64,000 bases of DNA from Vitrella brassicaformis CCMP3155 (GCA_001179505.1 CDMY01000117.1:1-64000), one strand, 5' to 3'; counted from the first letter of the stretch, positions 47,187-60,107 are shown. A program made the numbers and translations. The notes: generated from the letters alone by a model not told the origin.

Positions 47187-48618
47187 CTAAGTCAGCTCTT
47201 TCTGGTACATGAGCATGTCTGCGACGGCCTGCCGCAGCGGGACGCGCATGAGCCGGGCGGTAGAGGGCCGGCGGTCCATGAAGGCATCCGATGGATCACC
47301 CACTGGCGGCTCGGTCGTCAACACACAAACAGCCACTGCACGCAGCGAAACAGCACACGCCGAAAAGATGGCTCAACCAGCACAGAGGTTCTGCCACCCG
47401 TCCCTCACCTATGTTCGAGTCGGGACGGCTGCCGAGAGTGATGTATCCATGAAAGGGGCCGTCGAATGGCGTCAGCAGCAGAAGCCGAGTCTCTATATGG
47501 GGGTCGGTGTCGTCGATGGAGGCCATGACGGCGGTGCATCCGTTGGGCGGCTGGTGGGGCGACTGGTTCATGAGGCCGTCCAGCACACCGCCATGAGCAT
47601 GCCTGAGGAGACCAACATAGAGCAGAGGGAAGAGGCGGTCGTGGATGGATGGATGGATGTCTTGTCTGTCTGAGTGTGGTGTGTGGTGTGCCCTGCGTAC
47701 CGGTCCACGTCAGCCATTGCAGACGACCCTATGCACATGTTTGCGACTAGGGGAGTCAGGATGACGACCATGATGAATGACGACACGGATGCATCAGTGG
47801 ACGGCTCGTTATCGGCCGCCCAGCCGTCCCCCTCCCGGGTGATTGTGGATCTGACGGGCGGGTCGTCATCGATGATGTGCAGGTGGTATGGGTGGGTGGG
47901 GGGGAGGGGGGGGTTGACATCCAGCTCGAAGCCCGGCTCGTCACGGAGGGCACGCACACCGCCGCCCGGCTGGTCGAACAGCTCGAAACGGCCGTAGCTG
48001 CCGCCGAAGTCGACGTGTCTGCCGACCATCTTCCACAATGCGATCACACGCACATCGGCCAAATACGCCTACGTGGACGACACACACAGACCCAGACAGA
48101 CAGACAGCCAGATGAGTGCCACCCACCCCACCCCACGCTCATCATGCCCACCTGTTTGCTGTCGTGCCTCTGCATATCGTCGACCGACAGGTAGATGGGC
48201 AGCTGACAGAAGCCCCTCTGCGCCGCCAACTTCAGCGCCTTGGCCACCTCGGTCCACTGCTGTGTGTCCACCAGCCAGATGGCCTTGAGCAGCAGAGGGC
48301 GGTCCAGCTGAGCGTCGAATGCGACGATGCCGCCCAGCCCCTTGGCTGCCAGGCAGCGACCGAGTCGGGTGCGGAGGACGTACGGCGAGAAGTCGACTTC
48401 CCAGAGGAAGTGCGCGGTGACTCTGAGGCTGCCCACCTCCGACCGGCTGCACACACACCCAAGCACACACACACTGTCAGTTACCCCTCCACTTCCTCGT
48501 TCATTCATGTGCGTTTTGCATACGTGTGGAAGGCATCTCGGTTGTCTTTGTGGAGGAAGCTCAGCGTGTGGTCATCGATGGCGGCACTGTGGCGGTTCGC
48601 ACTGTGGTGATTACCCAT
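47187..48618 (-). CDS. Uncharacterised multi-exon protein, probably from a lineage-specific expanded family
   Basis: GT-AG-bounded exons join into MGNHHSANRH...|SEVGSLRVTAHFLWEVDFSPY...WTEVAKALKLAAQRGFCQLPIYL...|VRVIALWKMVGRHV...DEPGFELDVNPPLPPTHPY...|...YQKELT*. Codon bias is good. No known domain was recognised. Confidence 0.65.
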
Positions 48619-48884
48619 CTTCCCCCCCCTCACGCTTCTGGAGAATGGACGGCCATCATGCGACCACGCTCATGCCGCCTCCTGCTCTCCGTATCCGCCA
48701 CTTTCTCCTCCTCCTTCGAGATCGCTTTGCGAGCTCGCAAAGTTTTCTGTGATCATCACAGGGTGCTCCCTGAAACCGCTGCTCCTGTGTTCATCTGTGG
48801 CTTGAGGGAGCCACACTCGTCCATCTTGACGTAGTCACTGCTGCAAAATCACCGCTGTGCAGTGTCCGATAGGTGTTTGTGTGA

Positions 48885-49636
48885 ATGGCGATAGTGGTGA
48901 GGCGCGAGGGCTGCCCGGATGAGTGGTGCCTGGTGGAGGCCCAGGGCTACATGTCCGCCACGCCATGGGACGGAGATCTGCACGAACAGCCGCCCCATCT
49001 GTTCGACGCACTCGACGTCGGCACGCTCACATGGGTGGTAAGCAGAACGTTGAGTGGATGGATGGTTAAATCCGATGGAATTTCAGTCATCCATCTGTTG
49101 TGCTGTGTGGTGTGTGTTGTGTTGTGCTGCAGAACGACACGACGGCCAAGTTGACGATAGGCAGCCACACGCTTACCGGCACCCTCACCCCGATCCCCAA
49201 GCCCCTGGCCATCGCAGGCACACGGCACGTGACCGAGGCCACCCACCCGCCAGACGACCGCCCGTCGCTGCGCTACGACGTCTACGGCATCGTCAGGAGC
49301 AAGATCGTCTTCAAGACCCGCCCCACCACGCTCATCGACCCGAAGCACCTGCACCCGTCGGAGGGCATCACAGTTAAGGGCGGCCGCAGCGGTGGGTCGG
49401 CCAAGGGTGCCCAGCTGCGCGGCAAGTCCAGCGCCAAGCCGGGTGGGAGGTGTGTGGAGGTGGAGCGCAAGGAGGGCCCGCTCAAGATGCACCCCTTCTT
49501 CGCTAATGTGGGTAAGGGCAGCAGTGAGCCACCGCCACGACAAGGGGAGGGGCAGGGGCGAGGGAAAGACCAGGGTGGGGAGAGGGGCAAGGAGGCGAAG
49601 AGAGCAAAAGTAGCCGACAACAAGGAGGCGAAATGA
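48885..49636 (+). CDS. CTF8: Chromosome transmission fidelity protein 8 (CTF18-RFC subunit); join(48885..49037, 49133..49636)
   Basis: EWCLVEAQG...LDVGTL...KLTIGSHTLTGTLTPIPKPLAI...YDVYGIVRSKIVFKTRP matches the Ctf8 pattern EWxLIELQG...IGxHxLxG...KPL...YxVxGIIRxKIxFKTRP. Confidence 0.88.
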
Positions 49637-51922
49637 CCAGCAACCAACCAACCTACCACACGAAAGGACCGACCGAAGCTAGCGAGCGGATTGGGGAAGC
49701 CGTGTGGTGAATGGATGGATGGATGGATGACCGATTTGTGTATATAACTACGGGCTTTGAGTGGTTGCGTGATAGCGTGTGAGGGTGGGATCGAGGGGTA
49801 CTGTATGGTGCGGTAGCTGCATGGTGCATTCACTTGTGGATGGACGGACGGGTACATGTCGATGCATCGACGGACACTTTTACGTCATGTGTGTGGTCTC
49901 ATCGATTCGGTGAGTTGAGTGACCCCCCAGTGCGGTGGGCATGTCAATGAACCAACCGATGGACGGTTGTGTGTTAGATTGTGAAGGTGTGTGAACCAAT
50001 CGTCACTCACACACAGTGGAGGGAATGAGGATTGTGTGGAGGGAGCATGGTACGAAGCATTGTCGTGATGTCCAGACGTAAACAGCACTCACGCACTCAC
50101 ACACACCACACCACACACATCACACGCACAAAGTTTAGCTTAGACGGGCACCAACAGACAGGCAGACAGGCAGGTATCGATCGTATCAATCACGCTCGTG
50201 GCTGCTCACTCACAGCGGCGTCCTTGATGACGCAGACACACACATACACATACACATACACACCTCTACGCAAAGGCAGGTAGGCAGGCAGACAGGCGGG
50301 GCCAGCGATCGATCGATGCACGGAGCCACACGCCAGCCATGCCACACCAACCACACCAGACCACGCACAGACACACGAAACACGCACGAACAGACAGACA
50401 GACACGGATCAAAACGCCATGCCAATCATCATCTCATCCATCGCATATATCTCCCCGCTGATCTATCTCATATCAGCATGACGATTATTCATTCAACCAA
50501 TCAGCCAATCGACCCCAACCAGCCAACAAGCCAACCAACGAAAGAATGCGGCAAGGCAAACAGCCACCCCACCCCACCCCCACCCCATGAGAGTGTGCAT
50601 TGCAGTGCATATCGTGCACCACACGTGCACTGCACTGAAGCATGGCCATGCCGTGTGTGCATCCACCCACCCCATCCACCTACCTAGGTACCTAGGTAGC
50701 TAGCTATGTACACGAGACCGACCCTTTGTGTGAGTGAGTGCGTGAATGTGTGTGTATGGTATGCAAAGCAAAAAATGCTCTGGATGGATGGATGGAAAGT
50801 CCTCCCTCACCCCGACCCCCACCCGCCCTCTCTCTGTGTGCTGTCGGCATGTACGCTTATTTCGCATCCGGCCGACCCACACACACGAGAGAGGGAGGGA
50901 GGGAGACGTGTGAACACAGCAAGGTGAGCAAGCAAGAAACAGGCAGCAAGGCAGCAGTGGCGGGGGGGGGGAGGTGGGGTGGGGTGGGGTAGGGAGAATC
51001 GATGTGATGTGTGTGGCACAAATATGGCGGCATATCTGTCTTGCCTGCCTGCCTGCCTGCCCACCCGACAAACAGGTGACTGACGTGATGTGACGTGTGT
51101 GAATCCGAAAAAGCACACCGCAGGCAGACAGACAGACAGACAGACGTGGTGCCTGTAGGCAGGCCGAGTCTTACATGGAGGAGGACATTAAGGCAAGATT
51201 GGAGGCTCGGCTTTGAACTGATCTGATCTGCTGTGTCCCGCTGTCTGCTCCGCTGTCTGGAGCCATGAGGCATGGAGGCTTCGCTCTCGCAGATGTGCTG
51301 TTTCTGTCCCGACCGCCCCGGAGCTACGGGCACCTTCATTCTCGCACAATGAAAGCGCCGCAGCTTAGGAGGGGCCGAGCTAGAGCCAGCGCATTGTCCG
51401 CCCCGCGAGCCCATGCTCATCAACCGCAACGATCAATAGGCTAGTCAGTAAGTGAATCAGGCAGGCAGACCGAAAAGCCTATAGGATCTTCCTTCGTTCG
51501 TTGCTTCCTATCCTTCCCAAAACTCAAAGGCCCTCACTCCTCACTGAACTGAAAACTTCAGCTGCCGCAACGAACTGACTGATTGACCTGACCAACCGCC
51601 CAACCGCCCCGACCGGCCGACCAGTAAGTCCCACCGCACAGCCAACTAAGTGAAGGAAGTGAGTCCACCAAAAGCAACGCGACAACACCACACCCACACC
51701 CACAAGCCCACACTCACACCTACAGCCACACGTCGGGCCAGGCCGACTGCTGTGCCTGACCGACCGAACCGACCGACCGACTGCCAGACAAGGAGGGGAG
51801 AGGGGGGCGGGAGGGGGAGGGGCGCTGGCAAGCCGGCTGGCAGGCGCGCAGACAGGGAGACAGACAGGGAGACAGCCAGCCGTGGTGCGACCGGGGCGGG
51901 GTGGGGAGGAGGGCAGGGGAGA

Positions 51923-53724
51923 TCAGAGCGAGAGAGAGGGAGAGAGGCAAGATGTGTGGGTTGGGGCGGGGTCAGCATGCCGCTGCGCTGGGGTGCTCTG
52001 GGAGCACCTCGGCCGCTTGCGCCTCCAACTCAGCCTGCAGGTGGCCAGATCAGATGGATACAGACCAGATGAGGGCAGGGGCGTGAGCACGATGCGATGC
52101 ATCGACCGACGTGCGTGTCGGTCTTGGTTCCCTACCGGGATGGGCAAGGTTTCGAGTGTCCTGAGGAACTCCATAAACCGCTCGTAAAAGGGGCCGCGAG
52201 CCTGACAGACAGAAAGACAGACAGACAGACACAACACACACCACACAAAGTCGGGTCGCCACATTGTTCCTGTCCATGTGTGGAAGGCTGCTGCTGTCTG
52301 ACCATGATTTCCAGGTTGTTGTGTCCGCCACCGTCCACCCAGAAGGGCTCCACCGGGTGCCGACTCTGCTTGTACAAATCCTGTACACACACACACACAA
52401 GAGATAAGGTGAAGGGGCGTGTGTGCATGTCTGTCTGTTTCCTTGCTTCCTTCCAGTGTGCACTGACTGCACTGACTGACCTTGCCGTGCCAGTAGGGCA
52501 CGATCTCGTCTTTGGTGCCGTGGATGATGTACACGGGACACCGCAGCTTGCCGATCTGATGCATGTCATGTCAGCAGCAGCAGCAGTGTGTGTGGTGTGG
52601 TGGGGTGGGTGGGGTCGGCTGTTCCTCCTGTGTGTGTCTATGGTCGTATGTGCGATGCGATGAGATGGGTGACCTTATCGATGTTTGCGAACATGTCCCC
52701 GGGCAGTGTGAACCGAAAGTTAAACGCCACACGATACGCAGACAACACGGGACTCTGAACACACACACACACACACACAGAGTCGGCAAGGTCATGGCAA
52801 TCATCACTTGCCCAAGCAAATCGAACCGCTCTGTCTGTCTGTGTGTGTGTGTGTGAGAGAATACCTGCAAGACGACAGCTCTGACGGGATATTTGGTGGC
52901 GAGATGGACCGACGGTCCGCTGCCCAGCGACCGCCCGTAGAGGATGATCTGGCTCCAAGACACACCGATGATGTTAGTCAGGTACCTACACCACGAACGA
53001 AAGTTGCAATCGAGCAACCACCCAACCGAAGCAGCACCAACACACAGCATCCCATGACCGCCTCTTGTTTGTCCCCCCGTGTGTGTCGTGTCGTGTCGGT
53101 CGGGTCGTTTCTATCTTGGTTTCTTTCTTACGTGTATGCCGCTTCGATGTCGGCATAGAGCCCCTTCTCGTTGGGCACCCCCGTGCTCATCCCATAGCCT
53201 GCACAGCACATACACACCACACGCAGCCCGCCCACCCAACCAACCCATTGATTTCTGTCTGACATCTGCTTGTGCAGGTGACTCAGACACGTTCGTTCAG
53301 CCAGCCACATGAATGGCAGTCAGGCCAGGCCCCTAGCAGCCCTACCGTACGTACCAGTGTACTCGTATGCGAATACGTTGACGTCGAGTATCTGCGACAC
53401 CTCCCTGAAGTAGCCAATGATCATGCCCAGATCCTCCGCATTGCCGTGGCTGAACAGCAGAGTGAACGGCTTCGCACTGAGGATGATCAGTAAACACACA
53501 CACACACACACACGTGGCAACCAAACCATCACCTGTTGCAGTGCCGTTTCTGTCTGCCTGCCTGCCTGCCTGCCTGTCCATCTCATCTCAGACCTCACTC
53601 ACTTGTCGATGAAGAATGCTGGAATGACTTCGTTCTGCTGCGTCCTCAGCCAGACGAGGTTGGGGTCTTTGGTGTAGGTGGGCTCGGGAGGCTGAAACAC
53701 CAGCTTGCTGATGTTTGTACCCAT
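51923..53724 (-). CDS. ABHD17: ABHD17-like alpha/beta hydrolase (depalmitoylase family), multi-exon
   Basis: LVFQPPEPTY, TLLFSHGNAEDLG, FAYEYTGYGMSTG, LYADIEAAY, IILYGRSLGSGP (Ser), YIIHGTKDEIVP (Asp) and GGGHNNLE (His). Confidence 0.9.
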
Positions 53725-53999
53725 CTTCCTCGGTGGTCGCACTCAACCCAACCACACCAGGCCGCCCAACCGCAGCCAAACAGCCTGCCAACAACCGCTG
53801 TTCACAAAGGAAGGCAGCGCCACGCCTCGTTCGCTACGCTACGACAGCCTTGAAAATCGACGGACGTCGCGATGCGCCTGGCCCACTGCGGTGCCTCAGA
53901 AACAGCTCTCAAAAAATGCGAGCTGGAAGAGGCAGATCTCCGTCAGCTCGCACAGAGAGGAAGGCGCCTTGGACACCCCCGGTGCAGGCAGGCACAGGA

Positions 54000-54687
54000 A
54001 TGTCGAAGGCGGCGCAGACCAAGACAGCCGAGCTGCTGTCGCAGCGGCGGCTGCCTGGCTCCCCTCCGACGATATCATCCAGCGGTCGGGGCCTGATGGA
54101 CCTGCTCAGGGGCTGGCACGGCTGGTTCGGGCCAATCACCAACAACAACGCCCACACGCTCAACTTCTTCTTCGGCCTGGTCCAGGGCACGTTTGCCAAC
54201 ACGTTTGAGCTGCTCGGCGGACTGAGGTACGAGAAGCTGCCGCGGCAGCTGGTCGACTACGTCATCCGAGGGGGCGTCCTTTGCCGCTCCATGTGGGTGG
54301 TCTTCCCGCCACTCATCCTCTACAAGTTCATCAGAGGGGTAAGGAAGGCATGACAGCACAGCTGGCCATGCAGACAGACAGACAGACAGACAGACACACC
54401 CACACACGCACACGCGACGACGGACACGCAGGATGGGATATATGCGATCAACACGGCGTGTGTTGTGTTGTGTTATGTGTGTGCAGACGGACCGTGCGAT
54501 GTGGTCAGTGGAGAGTTTCTACCTGGGGACGAGGGGCGGTGAGGCGCAGGCCTACTGGGACATGACGCGGCCTGGGTGGGGCGGCCACTGGAAGGCCCAG
54601 GCGGACCTCGAGCAAATCTACCGGACGTCACACGGGGTGACCGAGCCGCTCAAGCAGGAGGCCGCAGAGGAGGAGGACGACGAGTGA
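54000..54687 (+). CDS. Small (179 aa) W/G-rich protein with one hydrophobic segment, function unknown; join(54000..54338, 54487..54687)
   Basis: The phase-0 GT-AG intron is in frame and codon bias is strong. Hydrophobic segment: GGVLCRSMWVVFPPLILYKFI. Confidence 0.75.
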
Positions 54688-56276
54688 TTACTCTCACCGA
54701 CTCTCTGACTCGCTCACTGACTGGGATTGGGTGTTGTGGTGTGGGTGCTTAATTTTAATGTACTACTGGCTGAGGAGGTGGATGTGTCGGCGGCTTGTTC
54801 TGCCCAGCGACCTTTTCCGGCATTGACCGAGCTCCCTCGAGTGCTCGGAGAGTGCGGGAGAAGGTGGGAGGGCGAACGAACATGCCGCCGACACACACTC
54901 ACCACATGGTTGACGGGGCTGAGAGGGTCGGGATAATACCCATCAGGATGACAGATGGATGGATGGATGCTGCTGTGGGGATTTTTCCTTGTCCCTCCCG
55001 CAATGCAATCGAATCGATGGGTTTGGGGACCTGTGGTGCTGTTGTGGTCCCTCTCGCTCACTGGTTGTGGTTGGTTGGTTGGTTGGTTGGTTGAGCCGTG
55101 TGTATAAAAACAGTTGCCGTCGCCAAGTGCCGTGACGGCCCCACAGTCATGGCGGCTGGCGGCGGCATCTGCTTCAGCACACACAGCTCAAGTGATCACA
55201 CCCGCATCACTCGAGCGGGGAGGGATCGGGGACGGCCTACACACGCCATGTGGCTGCAACGAGGCGCTACTGAACATTGAATGCGATAGAGTATCAGGAC
55301 TGCTTTCGCCACATGTTGGTTTTTTCCGCGCGTGTGTGTTGTACCGTGTAGTGTGGTATTGTGTGGTGCGACAAGCCAAGCCCCCGCCGTACTCGTGTTA
55401 TGGCAGGCAAGGAGGGGCGACTTCTTCTGTATGAAAGAGTGTATGGCCGGACCTCTCCATGGGATGGGCGTGTGACTGACTGACTGACTCGCCCAAGCCA
55501 CAATTCATTCAACATTGTCGATCAGATCACCACAGGGCGTTCTTTGCGCCTTCAGAGAGAGATACGAAATATGCCTTAGTGATGTGAATGTTCGTCACTG
55601 TCCGCAATTACGCAGAGGAAGACACACACACATACGGAGAGACCGAACCGAACCAATACAGGGGCCATCCATCCATCCATTTACACACATCTCAATCAAT
55701 CGCTCGATACGCAGCAAACACTGTCGTCTCTTTGCCACAATGGGCTATGCCGTCTGTCTGTCTGTCTAGTGCTGCACAGGACACTGTGGGCATTCGTACG
55801 ACACGAACGAGCCTCCGAAAGCACTTCTCTGTCTGGACAGAGATTGAGAGAAGAGACAGGCTGCTGACCACTGAGGGATGGAGGGAGGGAGGACAGTGCA
55901 GCAGCATCGCCTCGTCTGGCTGTCGGCTAATTACACAAAGGTGACATGATAGACAGACAGACAGATAGATGGCAGGGCTGCTGCTCCTCTCCCTTCCCGT
56001 TGGCTGACTAATTACAAGGGAAAGGAAGGCCCTGCCTGCCTGCCTGCCTGCATTGGAGGAGCAAACCAACATATACAACGCCTCCCCATCCCTCCCCCCC
56101 AGCGATGGATGCTATCTATACACGCCCCTCCCTCTCCCACACAGCCTGTTGCGCTTACAAAACTGGCAAGGCAAGGCAAGGCAAGGCAAGGCTCAGATAG
56201 ATGTAGAAAGATCCCTCGTCTCTCTCCCTCAGTGTGTCCCTCCCTCCCTCCCTCCCTCCAGACCCTCCTCCCTCGT

Positions 56277-58087
56277 TCAGACGTTCATGGCTGGCCCCCC
56301 CCTGTGCCTCAATCTGCCATCTGCCAGCATGGGTGGCGCCAGCAGCAGCACACTCACCACCGCCATGACGCACAGCACACCGAAGAGGCTGTCCCACCCC
56401 AGCGCCTCCGAGATGCTGGCCGTCAGGTACCCCTGCACCACCGCACCGCTCGACCCCATCCCGTTGACCACCCCGGCCGCAGTCGACAGAGCCCCCAGGC
56501 CCAGCCCCGATTTCTCGCAGAGGTCCTGCGCGGCTGCTGCACCCAACACAGAGTCGGGGCCGGCCACCGTGAAGCCCACCACTAGCATCGCGAAACATAT
56601 GGCGCTAAAACCTGATGGATGGATGGATGGAGCAGAACTACAGTGTTTCCCCCCAGTGTTTCGTTTGCTGGCTGTCGTGTCCGTTCCGTTATGTTCTGTG
56701 CGTTGGGTACCGATGTGTGTGGAGTATGCGAAGAAGAGGATGGCTGTTGCCGTGGCGAGGCACATGGTGGCGGCCGCCTGCAGCCTCTTCCCCTGCATTA
56801 TGTGGTCCGACAGGTAGCCGGTGAATATGGCCCCGCCGATGCCCCCGATGTCAAACATCATGGAGGAATAGCCCGCGATGGAGGCCTCGTACTCGAGGTG
56901 TTGTGTGAGGAAGTAGGGCAGCCAGAAGAGCAGCGTGTAGCGGATCAGCTTGACGAAGAAGTAGGCCCCCGCTACGTGCAGCAGGTAGGGCATCCTCACA
57001 ATGTCCCAGAACGTGAAGGTCCGCCGCACGGGCGCCCCAGTCGTCACCACATGAGTGCCGCCATTGGCTCCTTCCCCTGACCCCGATGTCGACTTGGCGT
57101 CGGTGGGTGCGGACCCCGGCCCCTCGCCGGTCCCCGCTGCGCCGCCCCCGCCCGGGCTGCCGCCTCCCACCACTTTGGGCGACTCGGTCCTCTCTTCCCC
57201 TGCTGTCTTGACATTGACACCATTTCCCTCTCCGTTGCCCTTGCCCGCCGCGGCATCCATCTTGGCCTTGGGCCCTCGGTGCCCCACTGACGATGCCACA
57301 ACGTGGTCGTCACTCGCTTCGCTCCCGCCAGATGTGGACGCCATCGATGAGACCGTCATGCGTCGGGGACTGGTGCGGCTGTCGCCATTGGCCGTGTCAT
57401 CGGCGGCCTTCGGCGAGCCTTTGTCGTTGGCAGACGGCGCCGGGGCCACCTTTTCGGCTCCCGTGGCGATGACGGCTGCGAGGGCGGGGGAGGGGGCTTC
57501 AAGTAGGAGGGAGTAGAGGGCGAAGCCACATGCCGCCACCACTAACGCGGGCATGTAGAAGGCCATGCGCCACCCAAAGTGCTGCGCCACGAAGGCAGCG
57601 AGGGCCGTGGCCACCATCGCACCGATCTGCTGACTGGCAGGTACGCAAAAACACCAACAAACGCGCGCAGAGGGGAGGGAGGGAGGGAGGAATGAATACA
57701 ATGCGGCTCGGCCCGCACACACGTGTTGTCAACCCCGTTCAGCTCACCTGGTTGTCCACACTCCCAGGACAGAGCCCCTCGTCGTGGGGCTGTACCAGGG
57801 CGACAGCGCCTTGACGAACAGGGGGAATGCAGCCGCATGGAGCAGCCCGTTTCCCAGCCAGGCGTACGCCAAGACCTTCTCGTTGTGCGTCCCGGCAAAG
57901 ATGAAGCAGCACACCGCCGACCCCGCGTAGGCCAGGAACAGGACGTTCCTGAGGCCCCACCTGTCGGCCAGCGACGGGATGAACATCTGGCCCAATGCAT
58001 AGGCCGTCAGGAAGGCCGTGTCGATGGTCCCCAGCTGAAACCGACTCACGCCAAGCTCATTCTGACACCAGACCCCCCATCACACAT

Positions 58088-58118
<31 letters not shown>

Positions 58119-58533
58119 AAATGAGGGCCATAGACAATATGCGCGTCTATTTATCTGTCCATCGCTCTCTGCGCACCTGTATGTGTGTCTTGACGACTGA
58201 GAAGGGTTTCCTGGTGCTGTAGAGCACTGCATAGGAGGTGTAGGTCAGCGTGAAGAGCAGCAGCTGGCTGTGCCGGACGATGGCCCGGGGGTCAAAGGCC
58301 TTGACCGCTGCTGGCTGCTGTGGCTGCGGCTGACTGTTGCTGGTGGCCTCCTTTGCGGCACCCTCCTTGCCGCCCTCCATATCGTCACCGCCGTCAGTGG
58401 TCGGGAGGGCGGCAAATCCCCGCGGCGCCCGCTGCAGCACCAGGGAGAGGGGGTTCTGGGCCATCTCTTGCAGCCAGTTGAGGGAGGACTGGAGGGCAGA
58501 CGGCGGTTTGGTCATCTTTGGCGACTTCACCAT
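56277..58533 (-). CDS. MFS organophosphate:Pi antiporter family (SLC37/GlpT-like sugar-phosphate exchanger)
   Basis: TYTSYAVLYSTRKPFSVVK, LGTIDTAFLTAYALGQ, RGSVLGVWTT|SQQIG, FFVKLIRYTLLFWLP, FDIGGIGGAIFTGYLSD, GPDSVLG and AAGVVNGMGSSG are OPA-family motifs. There is a long central cytoplasmic loop. Confidence 0.9.
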
Positions 58534-58730
58534 TCAACCGAGAGACCACATTTAAGTTGCTAAGACTGGGAACCGAGCACGCAGAGGCACTCAATGCCCC
58601 TCTCTGCACAGAACAAACAACGCAGAGAAGCCAAAACCTCGTCGCACATTGGGTTTTGACTTGGTCCAGCAACTTCAAGCTCGCAATCGCCAGCGGCCTT
58701 CTTCCCCTCCCTTTCCGTCAAACACGTCGA

Positions 58731-60006
58731 ATGATGGAGCATGCTGAGGGTGAGCTCGACAACAATGCACTTACTGCCGAGGCAAGGAAGCTGCTCGAGG
58801 AACTGGCATCAACGACGCTCCCCGACGGCCGCCCCGGCAACGTGGGCATCTCGTGGGACAAGAGCCGCAACAAGATGGGCTACTGCGTGCGGCTCAAGTT
58901 CCTGCAGCAGAACATCATGGGCAAGGGCTGCCACAGACCCGCTGAGAGGTCCGTCGCTGGGCTAAGGCTGGCGCTCCAGAGTGCAAAGGATGTGCGCGAC
59001 AAGCTGGTGAGTGACTTGAGCGGTGCCCGGGCCGAGCTGAACGAGATGAACGCCATGCACCAGCAGATGCTTCTGGACCAAGTCAAGGAACGACCAGGTG
59101 AGGAGGAAGTCAAAACAGGGGGAGGGGACAAAACGACGTGCATTCAGCATCTACGGCTCTGTTTCTACCTTGTGTGTGCGGTTGCTGGCAGATGCCTTGA
59201 CGGATGCCCAAGTCCGCACAGCCGCCCAGCTTCTGATGAACCGACACCGCGCCAACACGCCTGCCACTCGTCCTGCCCTCAACAGTCGCGAGGACGGCGA
59301 GCGGCGGCTCAAGCAGGGCTGCGGAATCGCATGGCGCAACGACAAGCTGGCCTTCGAAGTGAAAATCTGGCGCGACGGCGGCTACCTCCCCAGGCGAGCC
59401 TTTGCGGTCAAGCGCAACACCGTCGCGGACCTAAGGGAGGCCTTTGCCATGGCCAAGGCGGCGGCTGAGCACATGATGGAGGAGCACATGGAGAGGGAGG
59501 TCGTCGTGCAGCCCACCCTCCTGCAGGCGGCCATGGGGCAGCAGCAGCAGGCTGTGCCAGCGATCGTGGACCACCCCCCACTTGCCATCACCGATGCCCA
59601 GCCCTCGCCCGCCGCCATCAAGGCCGTCAAGGACGAGAAGATTGACGGCTCATCTGACCCACAGGACGGCAGCGTGGCCCTCGACAAGTGCGCAGAGGCG
59701 GCGCGGAAGCGCCTGAGCGATCGGAGCGTGGGTGACTTCATGGTGGCGGAGCAATTGCGGTGGAACTGTGACTCTCGTGAGTACGAGGTGGTAGAGTGTG
59801 TGTACCGCAGGCACAACTGGCGTTCGACGCCCTTCTCCGCCAAGTGGGCCAGTGTGGGTGCGAGGGTGCCGGAGGGGGAGGGGGGGCTGATGCTGATGGA
59901 GGGAGTGGTGGATGAGGCCCTGAACAAGGCTGCCAAGGCCGTGCTGCTGAGAGCGCTGAGGCGGAGGAATAAAGACAGGGCCAAGCGGAAGGACAAGGCA
60001 GTGTAG
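58731..60006 (+). CDS. ApiAP2-like protein with two clear and one possible degenerate AP2 domains; join(58731..59097, 59192..60006)
   Basis: VGISWDKSRNKMGYCVRL...LRLALQSAKDVRD and CGIAWRNDKLAFEVKIWRDG...RRAFAVKRNTVADLREAFAMA fit the three-strand-plus-helix AP2 layout. A third candidate is QLRWNCDSREYEVV...PFSAKW...VVDEALNKAAKAVL. Confidence 0.65.
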
Positions 60007-60107
60007 GTGGGGGGATGGACTAGGCCGAAGCTGCCTGATAGCTAATGTCACTGGTATTTCATTATACACTATGTGTTTGTTGGGGGGGGGGGGGGGGGGG
60101 GGGGGGG

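Noticed and set aside
50857-51429. 190-aa minus-strand ORF downstream of ABHD17
   Set aside because: No recognisable domain, weak codon bias, and it runs into microsatellites. No supportable downstream exons were found.
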